Assembly: GCF_018977255.1 (NCBI RefSeq) | Contig: NW_024704743.1 | Span: forward strand, 36,892,001 to 36,956,000 | Source of the DNA: Callorhinchus milii | Lineage: Eukaryota | Direction of reading: 5' to 3' | Length of the DNA stretch: 64,000 nucleotides | Shown here: positions 52,806 to 64,000 of the stretch, one piece after another | Position numbering within the stretch: the stretch's first letter is position 1 | How the letters are laid out: the number at the start of each line of letters is the position of its first letter | Program-made: the position numbers and the translations under genes | Notes under the pieces: model-generated | Told to the model about the DNA's origin: nothing | Database searches by the model: none | The model's input: the letters and a program-made list of their open reading frames with translations, nothing else

Positions 52806-53663
52806 CCCATCTCACTCAGCTACACTGGCTCCCCAACCATCAGTGCATTGAAATCAAGATTCCCTTCATTTTCTAATGCCTCCACGGGCCTCACCTCAGC
52901 CTCTCTCTGCGACTCTACTGCCCCGTTGCTTCCTCCATTTAGCGTACCCCAGCCTGATTCACATCCCCACCCCCTTTCTACCTCCGCATCGGTGGGCATT
53001 CAGCCATTCCATCCCTGCTCTCTGGAACCATCTCAAAATCCCTCTGCATTGGAGAAAGGGTCAAATTAATGAAGAAGAGAGAATAAAAAAATAAGGTAAA
53101 GCAAAAATAAGGTAGGCAAACCAAACAGATATACAGGAGTTCTTTCAAAGAAACAGCACAAGTACAATGGGATGAATGGCCTCCTTCCTTGCTGTAAATA
53201 TCTATCTAATGATTCTATCACAATTGTGCTGCCGCATTCACCTACAAATGCCCAGTCACTCCATTTGACAGTAATTTCTGTGAAGCGCTTTGAGATGTCC
53301 TTCCGACGTGATGAGGCTTATTACAAATGCAAGATTATTATTATTACTTAAAATAAGGGAAAAATAGACTGCAGTACTCTTATCAAAAAATCTTTATAAA
53401 CCTGTCTGCCCTCTTCTTGAAGGTGGTGAAATGCTAAGCCTCTTCACAATAAGACTAAGATTGGATACCCATTGGGAAATTGTCAACGTGACCTCTGTCC
53501 CAACTCAAAATCAGATCTTCATTTTTGAGTTCAAGCGATTTCACATTACAATGTTTTCAGTGATAGAGGAAGAACTGATTTTTTTAAGCTTAAGTTATTA
53601 ATTATTTTTTCAATAAGCTAGACATGTTTTCAATAAAGAGCTTTAGAGTCTGAGGGAATCTAT

Positions 53664-53669
53664 TTTATT
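53664..53669 (-). terminator. AATAAA polyadenylation signal of KIAA1143 (alternative at 54000-54005)
   Basis: tttatt on the + strand ~730 nt downstream of the stop, at the end of a repeat-free AT-rich 3'UTR-like block. Confidence 0.55.
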
Positions 53670-54398
53670 GAAAGGAAGCTACAGTTCATACAAGACAATC
53701 TTCCACAAATATAAAACACAGCGTACATTGTTCACAATCAGTAAGTACTTTAATGTTAACATGCAACAACTGGACAAAATATGCAAAACAAGTCAACAGT
53801 TAAACTTGATACGGATAAAAGCACAAATAGATGCAGCTTCATTTTTGTGTAAATACATTTCCAGACTCCTTATAAGTTTATCCTAGACATTCCCACCTGG
53901 AATCACAATTTCTGCACTATATTACAAATGGGAGTCACTAGTAAGAGCCCTCTGGAAAGGCTAAAATAGAGACTTATTATCCAAGGCCCATGTTACCAGT
54001 TTATTTTCTTCCATAATGAACCAAGATATAATAGAATGCAGGACACGCTGCTTATTATAAATCACTTAAAACGAGCAGTATAAGGGGATGCTCAGAAAAT
54101 GAAAAGGTATATATTTTCTCTGAAATTACCAGTTTGCTTGAACCCATTTTCTTTAAATGTACCCAAGTTTTTTTACTGTACCACAATACCCCAAATGACA
54201 ACAAGATTGTGGAAAGATACCACGATACGATTACCATGAATCTTATATATTGGGTCAAACCATTATATGGAGATTTCATGCCAAGCTAATGATACATGTT
54301 GCCTGGATTGTTGAATTGAGTTCATATAAAATGCATAGGGGAACAATGTTACCAGAGCTCTTACTGACGGGCCCAAAGTGAATATAGTACCTCCTGCT

Positions 54399-54613
54399 CT
54401 AGTCATCATCTTCATCATCTCCAAAGGAGAGCAAACTGCTGTTTTTGACTTGTTTTGGTCTGCTCTCTGAATCTTTGGAGTCTGTCCACTCTTTCTGTTC
54501 TTCTTTCTTCTTTTTACTAGAAGTGGCGGTCAGACCTGTAAACTTGTCCTCTGAAGAACGCTTTGCTGGTTTTCTAAACACAATCTTCCCATCCTCAGGC
54601 TCTGGCTCCTCAG
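54399..54613 (-). CDS. KIAA1143: KIAA1143 coding exon 3 ([37 protein letters not shown]...[18 protein letters not shown])
   Basis: gctttcag| acceptor, phase 1, 215 nt to TAG. C-terminal KNSSLLSF plus acidic tail is characteristic. Spliced CDS is 471 nt (156 aa). Confidence 0.95.
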
Positions 54614-56046
54614 CTGAAAGCAATTCAAAAATGAGAAATAAAAATTAAACAACTGAATTCCCTTTTCATTTTCCAGAAGGGAAACTAATTTATTTTTGTC
54701 CTCAAGACTGAACATTTAGTTACATTTCTCATTTTACATTCTCTAAAGTCTTTACCTGTAATTCCACTCATCTACCAACATCCACTCTCATAAGATAGAT
54801 TTATGGGTGGCTGAGAGCAATTACATTAAAATTGCATAGAAGGATTTGGAGCATGCTATGAAGCATAGCAACGTAGATTGAATGGATTGTCACCTGAACT
54901 TTACAATGAGATTATCTTCATTGTAATCATTCTCACTCACCATTATTACGATTCATATGTGTATATCACTGTACTAGGTGTAACTTTTGTCCCTTATGAA
55001 CAAATTGAAACATTTCATTTGTAAAATTGTTGTGAAATTTGCAGAATTGAATCTGGTTGCCTGGGCAATAACACTGCTGCCCACAGCCAACTGTTTTTCT
55101 CTGTAGCCCTTTGGAGAATTTGATAGCCTTCAGAAATTGCAAACCATATTCCATTGTTTTGGAAGTACTGGAAACTAGTCAAAAGTGGCAAGTATTGCTT
55201 CATTCCTTTAGCGAATACTTTATCGGAAATGTACTTTGTATAACAAGAGAGATTGAGAAAAGCTTAATTTTGAATTTACACTGCCAATTGATGAATTAAT
55301 AAATATAGGTAAGAATTTTTAAAAACTACATTTGATGTAGCGCTATTCATTGATACACAGTTGAACCAGATTATGTCCAAGCGCTAGGTAACATGAAGCA
55401 TTCCATGACACAACTCTGTGTGAAAGGTGCTATATAAATGCAAGATATTGTCTGCACGACTCAAGCCTGTTCCAGTGCTGATCAACAGGGAGGAACCTTG
55501 GCTGATCTCTAGCTCAGGTAATTTAGAGGCTAGTTATATTCCATGACTCTGGTTTTGAACCAATTAAGATTCCTCTATCGTCTCCCCCTGCTTTTTAAAA
55601 TCTGCTTGAAACTACCATAGGCTTTAAATAGTCAAATAAATAAGTTAAAACACTGCCTTCCACCCTAGCCCCAAGTCATATTAAACCGAATAGAGCAGTA
55701 TTACTTAGGTATAATCCTCAATCAACTAATCTGAGATGGGGAAGCCTTTGAGGTTCTACAACTAGTTTTAGAGGGCAAAATCAGGCAGTGCTCCCACCCC
55801 TATTCACTAACCAGTGATCCCTACTGGAAGATGTATCTGGGAACATCAGTTGATGATGGCATTGGGCTTGGCTGTGGTGCCTTCTACAGTCATATAAATG
55901 ACCAATACCCACTGTGTTGACTCACACATCAAGAACAAGCACTTGTGCAATTTCTGTATGTTACCGGCCCGCGTAGAACTATACCAAAACTAGAAAAGTG
56001 CTGGCAATGGCACTTTCAAGGTTATGGAAATTGAAGATTTACATAC

Positions 56047-56188
56047 ATTTCTTGTTTGAGCTTTCTGCGAGTTTGGCTTTTGCAGCTTCTTCAGCTGTCA
56101 GGTCACCCTGTTTGATAACTACCACCTGCGGCTGTTCATCGTCTCCATCACTCTGTCCACTGTCATTGTCTTCTGGGAGTTGTTGCCT
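56047..56188 (-). CDS. KIAA1143: KIAA1143 coding exon 2 ([47 protein letters not shown])
   Basis: tttcag| acceptor and T|gtatgt donor; 142 nt, phase 0 to 1. [14 protein letters not shown] motif matches KIAA1143. Frame joins exons 1 and 3. Confidence 0.93.
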
Positions 56189-56451
56189 CTGAAACGTGCA
56201 CAAAAATAATTAAAAGGAATGGGTATGAAGTCGACTATGATCCAGTAGCTTAGTGGTTTGAGCACTAGCCTCGCAAGCGAGACGACCTGGGTTTGATTCC
56301 CGACTGGGCAAAACGTTGGGCAAGTCTTGTTACTCCACACATCTCTGTTCACTGAGCAGAAACTAGGAACCCGGTTGTTAGTTGATTGATGGGATTGATT
56401 TCTGGGGGTAATAATCCCTTCAAATAAAAATAATAATAATTTGGTCACTCA

Positions 56452-57145
56452 AAAACAATAACAAAATTAAATTTGTATAGCGCCTTTCACGTCGGGAGGA
56501 CATCCCAAGGTGCTAGACAATCAAGGTTTCGGACCCAAGCTGAGTGTCGGGATCAGGGAGGGTGGAGGGCAGAGGGGAGGAAGGAGAGTGACTGAAAGCA
56601 CAGTCGAAGGGGAGTGTTCTTGAGACAGGTCTTGAAGGAGGCAAGGGAGGGAGCAAGGCGGCGGGACTACGGGATGGAGTTCCAGAGGGTGGGCTCGGAG
56701 TGGCTGAAGGCCCGCCCGCCAATGTGAGGTGTGGGTGAGGTGGGGGACGTGAAGCAGGATGGAGCCCGTTGAGTGGACGGAGCAGATAGGTTGGTAGGCG
56801 GTTAGGTCACAGAGATAGGGCAGAGGAAGCCCGTGGAGGGTTTTGAAGGTGAGGGCCATTAGCCTGAACTGTATCCTCTGTGTGATGGGAAGCTAGTGTA
56901 GCCGGGCGAGGCTGGTGGTGAGGGTCGCAGAGCCTGGTACAGGAGAGGACACGGGTTGCAGAGGTCTGGATGATCTGCAGCCTGTGGAGGGAGGAGTTGA
57001 GGAGACCGACAAGAGGCGAGTTTGCGAAGTCGAGCCTGGATGTAATGAATGTGTGGATGAGGGTCTCGGCAGCCTGCGATGAGGGACAGTGGCGGAGATG
57101 GGTAATGTTGCAGAGATGGGGAAAGACGGAGCGGGTCATGGCACA
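56452..57145 (-). mobile_element. L2 3' fragment in KIAA1143 intron 1
   Basis: [32 protein letters not shown]. Confidence 0.87.
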
Positions 57146-58080
57146 GCCCGGAGGCACACTGCTATCCACTGAGTGGTGATTCCACCATTTGGCGGGATGG
57201 TACTTCAGTAAATAGTTCCTTACCTCTGCATATTAATCAAGGTAGACATCAAACCCTGGAGATACTTGTATCCAAAAACCCAGACTCCAGATAACACCTT
57301 TCAGCAGATGTTATGCCAAACCTCAGAGTAATAAATCACCTATTTGACAGATATTTGCCCTGTGGTGGAGAACCAACACAAGACAACTTGTTCCAGAAAC
57401 TCAAAAAAATTCCAGCCATCTTGATATTCCAGAGGTTTAAGTCTAGTGCTTGGTTTACTCTTTGCCAACTGCTTACATTTAGACCCCTGAGTAAGGACTG
57501 TCGGGATTTTGTTCACTTGGTGATACTCTATTCCACAAACTAACTCAGAGCGTCAAGTTACATTTAGCTTGGAGTCTCTTCAATTAAAAAAAAACCTTAT
57601 TTCTCGGCTGGTTCCACACCAAGAACTACTGTCTGCACTTCCACTCAATTCCCATGATATCATGGATTATGTCTCATGTTGTTCTATTCTCAATCTCTCT
57701 CCCTCTCCTCCCCAGGAACAGGTTTAACTCTGTTAGTTCCACTTCATAGCCCACTGATTAAGAGAGATCTATCATTCCCCAGAGATCACCAAAGCAGCCA
57801 AATGCCATTTATAAACACAATGATGTGCATCACAATGTTTAGACCAATTGTTTTTTTAAATTACCACCATTTTTAAGGAAGACAGTGCCCCCAAACCACA
57901 GCAATCTTCTTCATTGTTTTTTCTAAACCCTTTTCAACACTTTGCATCTTCATTATAAATATAGTACAAGCACTAAATCTGGAAAATATCAAAAAGCATT
58001 GGCGAGGCTACATTTAAAGCACATCTGTGCCCTTTCCTTAGACGCATCTATGTGCAAGTCAATTGTAATGTCCAATATCA

Positions 58081-58500
58081 GTGTCAGCCTGGCTCAGTGG
58101 TAGCACTCCCGCTTCTGAGTAAGAAGGGTGTGGGTTCAAGTCCCACGTCGGGATTTAGAATTACATAAAACTAAAATTACATTCCAATGAGTGCTGAAGG
58201 CCAGGGCAGGAGGGCGGGGTGGTGGCATTGCCAGAGGTGCCGTCCTTTGGATGAGACGTTAAACCGAGGTCCCATCCCTCTGTTCAAATGGATGTTAAAG
58301 ATCCTACGGTACTAATCGAAAGGAGAAGGGAGTTTCTCCCTGCTTCCTGGCCAACAATCCCCCCAAAATAAAATTGGTCACTCACTCCATATCTGTTGTG
58401 GGACATTGCAGTGTGCAACTGTCTGCCGTCTGCCGTGCTTCGCCCACAAAATAGTCAATTCACTTTACAGTGTATACTGTTAACCACTTTTGAGACATTT
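58081..58500 (+). mobile_element. DeuSINE-like (SacSINE1/AmnSINE1-type) element
   Basis: Head gtgtcagcctggctcagtggtagcactc..ggttcaagtccc and central gaggtgccgtcctttggatgagacgttaaaccgaggtccc...gttaaagatcc resemble the Deu domain as remembered. Copies at ~1385-1670(-), 9400-9615(-), 16900-17265(+), 21730-22050(+), 36110-36540(-), 43290-43580(+), 45908-46317(-), 60715-60970(+), 62450-62670(-). Confidence 0.75.
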
Positions 58501-58504
58501 CAAC

Positions 58505-59505
58505 AAGCTAACTTGCTGCAGTTAAACATCAACAAGACCGAGGTCCTGACTGGCTCCCGTCAGCACCTCCACAACTCAGGCACTGACAGCATCACCATCC
58601 AAGAATGCACACTCCACCTCACTGAGTCAGTCCGCTACTTTGGCGTCTTGTTTGACCCTCAACTATCCTTTCTACCCCACGTCCGTGCCATGACCCGCAT
58701 TGCCTTCCCCCACCTCTATAACATTGCCCGGCTCCGCTACTGCCTCACCTCTCTGGCTGCCGAAACCCTCATGTGGAATCTTGTAGCTCAGTATAACTAC
58801 TACTAACTACTAGTATAATTACTGAGCTCGCCTCATAAGCGAGGGACCTGGGTTTGATTCCCAGCAGGGGTGAAATGTTGGGCAAGTTTCCTGACTTCAC
58901 ACCCCTGAGTTTACCCAGTAGTAAGTAGGAACACGATTGTTAATCGATTGGCGGATCGCCTTTTCGGGGTAATAATCCCTCCAAAAAACTAATAATAATA
59001 AATTGGCCATTTCAATCCACGACTGTTTGTGGGACACTGCTGTGTGCAATTGGCTGGCGTGTTTCACCCACAGCATATCCAGTTAATTCACTTTACACCA
59101 CATTCTGTGAAGCGCTTTGAGACGTCTCGAAGACGTGATAAAGCACAATATCAAATGCCGAGGATTATTATTATCCACGCATTCAACAATCTAGGCTTGA
59201 CTACTCCAACACCCTGCTTGTCGACCTTCACAACTCTTCCCTTCACAAGCTACAGATCACCCAGAACTCTGCAACTTGAGTCCTCTCCCCCACCAGGCTC
59301 AGTGTGCCCATCGGTGGCCGGGCCTTCAGCCTTTCTGCCCCTACCCTATGGAACTCCATCCACGCGCATCTCAAAACCCTCTTCAACCGAACCTTCGGCT
59401 ATCCTCCACCCTCCCGAATCCCAAATCGGGTCCAAATCTCTGACTCTCCAGCGTTCTCGGATGTCCTCCAGACATGAAAGGAGCTATACAAATGTAATTT
59501 GTATT
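58505..59505 (+). mobile_element. L2 fragment split by a full tRNA-SINE (58773-59172)
   Basis: L2 reads gaaaccctcat|SINE|atccacgcattc. Frame NLLQLNINKTEVL...FGVLFDPQLSFLPH. Confidence 0.85.
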
Positions 59506-59754
59506 GTATATCAAATGCAAAGATTGCTTATTTTTCATTTTATTTAAAATCATTGTTTGTCTGAAATCAGTTAGCTCAGCCCAGATTGAGGATTTCCTGT
59601 GGCTCAGTTTCACATCAGGCAATTACTTTATTCGACATTCGGAGAACTCCAATGTTTTTATTAGTTTTACAAATGTTGCCCTATCTATGATCTGATGTTT
59701 TCATCATCTACTCATCAGTCTTCTTAAACTTGCATCGTACAAAGCCATCAACCA

Positions 59755-60089
59755 TCTCATTGAGATGTTTCAAAACGCTTCACAGAATTTACTGTAAAGT
59801 GAATTGACTATATATTTTGTGGACGAAATGCCACAGCCAATTACGCACAGCAGTGTCCCACAAACAGTCATAGATTGAGTGATCAAATTATTGTTATTTT
59901 ATTTATTCACTTTTGAAGAGATTATTACCCTTAAGACAGTGATCCGCCAATCGCCTAACAACTGGGTTCCTACTTACTGTTAGGTAAATAGAGGCGTGTG
60001 GAGTAAGGAAATTTGCCTAATGTTTCGCCCTCCTGGTCCTCTCGCTTGTGAGGCAAGTGCTCGGTACCAATATGCTACAGGACTCCACA
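59755..60089 (-). mobile_element. tRNA-SINE in KIAA1143 intron 1, inverted relative to 58773-59172
   Basis: Ends gctacaggactccac on + (the SINE head); body matches the family. Confidence 0.85.
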
Positions 60090-61447
60090 TGCAAGGATTA
60101 ATTCATAAATACAATAACCATCATAACCCTTATCCATAGCTTTGTTACTTTCACACTGGTCTTCCTTCATACCCTCCTCAGCGCTACCATCCACAAGATA
60201 CAAGTAAGGCCGTTCGTATTGTTATAATAATCCTTGCATTTGATATAGCACTTTATCATACCGTCTCGAAGCGCTTCACATGATTTACTGTAAAGAGTGA
60301 CTGTATATTCTGTAGGTGAGCGCTGCTCTTCACAACCACCCTTGTTCTCAGCAGGCTCTACCGTCTGCCTCCAGATCAATATCACAATCCTTCCTCTCAC
60401 CTACAAATCTGTATATGCTCTTGCACCTCCCTTTCTCTTGTGATAATTCTCCTGCTCGTCGCCTCCAGTGTGCTCCTTGCCGCCACTATTGGCAATCAAA
60501 CGTTCACCTTACCTCAATCCCTCCACTTTACCCCCCTGAACCTCAGTCCTTAAAAGTCTCCTGAATACCTACATTTTAGACCTTGCCTATGGTCACCTTC
60601 TTTCCTCCAACAACTCTCCCTCTTACTGCTTCAAATGTCAGGACAGACTCTGTAAAGTCTCGTAGAGAAGCCCCCACGTGAAAGTCTCCGAGCGGAGTCT
60701 TCATGTATAACACCATGGTCCCGTCTGCCTGTTCAGGTGGATGTTAAAGATCCCATGATACTATTCAAAAAGAGAAGGGAGTTTCCCCCCAGGCCCTGGC
60801 CAACAATCCCCCAAATAAAACTGGTCGCTCACATCATGGCTGTTTGTGGGTCATTGCTGTGCGCAACTGGCTGCCGCATCTCACTCACAAAATACTATAC
60901 AGTTACTGCACTTTACATTTTATCCCGTGAAGCGCTTTGAGACGTCTCGACAACATCGTAAAGGTGCTACACCAATCATAATCCTTTCGTTTGATGCAGC
61001 GCTTTATCTCGTCGCTGAGACGGCACCAAGAGCTTCACGGGACATACTGTAGAGTTGAGTTGACTGTACATTTTGCGGGCAAAACGCGGCAGCCAATTGC
61101 GCACAGCAGCGCCCCACAAACAGCCGTTATTTATCTTTGATGGGATTATTACCCCCCGGAAAGCGAGCCGCCAACCCACCAACCACCGGGTTCTTGGGTA
61201 CTGCCAGTGGCGCGTGGCGTAGGCGGTGGGGTGGGATAAACTTGCCTCGGGTTTCACCCGCGCCGGCCCCGGAATCACACCCGGGCCCTCCGGCTTGCGA
61301 GGCGAGTGCTCTGATTACATGAAATGCAAAGATTGTCACTGAGGTCCCTGAGAGGGGCGGCCATGTGCACAGCGTGTGCATACACACGGGGTCAGGGTGA
61401 CAGGGAGGAGGGGGAGGAGGAGGGGAGAGGATCTCGTTCTCTCCTCA

Positions 61448-61929
<482 letters not shown>

Positions 61930-61948
61930 ATGTCTCTCGGGGAACAGG
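61930..61948 (+). CDS. KIF15: Probable KIF15 coding exon 1 (ATG TCT CTC GGG GAA CAG G|gtaagc)
   Basis: 19 coding nt then a strong gtaagc donor, divergent from KIAA1143. Human KIAA1143 and KIF15 are head-to-head, and I recall KIF15 exon 1 having a similarly short phase-1 coding part. Upstream CDE/CHR fits a mitotic gene. No kinesin-domain exon found in the window. Confidence 0.65.
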
Positions 61949-62093
61949 GTAAGCGTCGGCCGCGGGTCAGGATCTGGAGGAGTTATTATTATTATTGTTG
62001 TTGATATTTTTTTTGGCGGAGGGGGGGGGGGCAGGGGAGAAAGGTGGCGGGACTTCTCTGCCAGTTCGGCGAGGAGTGTCGGGGCAGAGCAAC

Positions 62094-62421
62094 ATAATAA
62101 TAATAATAATAATAATAATCCTTGCATTTGATATAGCGCTTTTCACGTCGGGAGGACGTCCCAAAGCGCTTCACAGAACACACCGTAAAGTGAATTGACT
62201 GTATATTTGTGGGTGAACGCGGCAGCCAATTGCGCACAGCAATGTCCCACAAACAGCCGTAGATTGAAAATGACCAATTTATTATTGTTTTGTTTTGGAG
62301 GGATTATTATTAGGTGTGTGGAGTAAGGAAACTTGCCCAAGGTTTCGCCCTCTGCCTGGAATTGAACTCAGGTCTCTCGCTTGCAAAGCGAGTGCTCTAA
62401 CCACTGAGCTACAGGACTCCA
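62094..62421 (-). mobile_element. Well-preserved tRNA(Ala)-headed SINE downstream of the putative KIF15 exon 1
   Basis: Head folds with anticodon arm ctcgc-TT TGC AA-gcgag; long (ATT)n tail; CpGs retained. Confidence 0.9.
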
Positions 62422-63343
62422 GGATCTTGAATTTGATCCATAGCATCCAGTTTGTGCACAGCAATGACCCAGAAACAGCTGGAAGATTGCTGACCAGGAC
62501 ACCAGGAACAGGCATGTGGGACCTCGGTTTAGCGTCTCATTCAAAGGACGGCACCTCCATCAACGCAACCACCCGCCCCCACCCCCCCCCACACACACTG
62601 CATTGTAATGTCATCTTAGACTACGTGGGGCTTCAACCCACAACTTTCTGATTCGGAGGCGAAAGTGTTACTACGATGATACTAATCCTCGCCTTATCAA
62701 GTCTCAAAGCGCTTGACAGAATAATAATAATAATCCTTGCATTTGACATAGCGCTTTTCACGTCTTCTTGACGTCCCAAAGCGCTTCACAGAATACACTG
62801 TAAAGTGAATTGACTGTAGATTTGTGGGCGAACGCGGCAGCCAATTGCGCACAGCAATGTCCCACAAACAGTCGTGGATTGAAAATGACCAATTTTATTA
62901 TTGTTTTTTGTTTTGGAGGGATTGTTATACTGTAAAGTGAATTGACTGTACATTTTGTGGGCGAAACCACCACATATATTGTCAAAAAGACAAGGAGGAG
63001 CAGATCAGTTAGATATTCACCTCAGTCGTGACTATTTATCGGACCTCGTGTGGAAAAAAGTTGCTTTAGAGAAAAAAGAATCTGTCACCACATGTACCAG
63101 CGATCACTGTGAAGGGTTTTGAGATATTTCAATATTGTTCAGTCCATAATACTGTTTGCACACACCAAGGCACAGGAGTTTTTTGGCAGCTGTGTTTTTC
63201 TAGCTCTGATGTTAAAAGCAAACTAGACAAGCTCACTGACTGCATTTGATTTCATTTCTTTTTTTCCTCTATCCCTGTCGTTGACCGGTTGCCGATGTAT
63301 TGATTCCACATTATTTGTAACAGCCTAATAATTAAGTGAGACG

Positions 63344-63472
63344 TACACACAAACACAGGCTCTCACAGACGCAGAGAGAGACAGACACTCACAAACACAG
63401 AGAGAGACAGACACTCACAGACACAGAGATTCACACACTCACAGACACAGAGCAGAGAGAGACACATAGACA
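63344..63472. repeat. Compound (CA)/(GA) low-complexity tandem repeat
   Basis: Repeats of acactcacagacacagagagagacag-like units. Confidence 0.85.
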
Positions 63473-64000
63473 ATCTTAACAGTGGGGCCTCAGGGTGAGT
63501 GAAGTATCTCGAACATGATTGTCCTGAAAGGTGTCAAGTAGACCTGGGGACAAGCAAACTGCATTTTTACAGGTTTTTTAAACGGAGGGGGGTTGTTTGT
63601 TGCAGATTCCGCGGGGAAAAATTGCGGCAGCACTTTTCTATTGGCACAACTGGACTTCTTTTTTTAATTTAAAAAAAAGCTTGATGATGTGATGGAAGAA
63701 TGGTAGGGTTTGTGTTCTGGAGGGGTGAGATCAGATGGGCCATGGAGGTCTGCAGTATTCCAGGGTACCGCTGATGGCAGCACAACCAGCCTGGGACATC
63801 GGCAGGACATGGAACGGCAGATCAGTCAATGGGGGCAGGGAGTCATCTCACTCAGCTCCTTTTAACCCAGCAAGCCAAAGCCCTAACAGGTAGGGTGGTC
63901 CTAGCTGGACAAGCAGTGGGAAAGCTTGCAATATGAATGCATTGATATCAATGCGTTGATATTGATATTGCAATATCAATGCAAGCTATGTGGTTTTAGC

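Noticed and set aside
62345..62421. tRNA-Ala gene
   Set aside because: The cloverleaf-like head runs directly into the SINE body and (ATT)n tail and recurs many times, so it is a SINE head.
63480..63660. KIF15 exon 2 candidates (cag|ggtgagt; ttgcag|attccgcgg)
   Set aside because: No consistent acceptor-donor pair with a recognisable KIF15 peptide.

Overview
Repeat-rich vertebrate genomic DNA, not prokaryotic. The L2/CR1 LINEs, tRNA-Ala-headed SINEs, DeuSINE-like elements and a Penelope-type terminal repeat suggest a cartilaginous fish, possibly a holocephalan; this is inferred from remembered repeat families. The only secure protein-coding gene is a complete 3-exon KIAA1143 orthologue on the minus strand (CDS 61567-61454, 56188-56047, 54613-54399; 156 aa). 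It shares a CpG-island promoter with a divergent plus-strand first exon (ATG 61930, donor after 61948) that is probably KIF15. That promoter has a canonical CDE/CHR element plus CCAAT, YY1 and GTCACGTGAC motifs. In 1-53 kb I found no identifiable coding exon; it holds LINE/SINE debris, a Tigger-like and a hAT MITE, several long inverted repeats, CNE-like AT-rich blocks and a possible TATA promoter/first exon of an unknown transcript (~41.9-42.1 kb). Most supplied ORFs are L2/CR1 frames, antisense frames or chance ORFs. The best novelty candidates are a ~235-bp A-tailed retroposon without a tRNA head (5 copies), orphan long hairpins, a decayed Penelope hammerhead core, and local templated or inverted duplications. 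Repeat family names come from memory and need Dfam/RepeatMasker confirmation.
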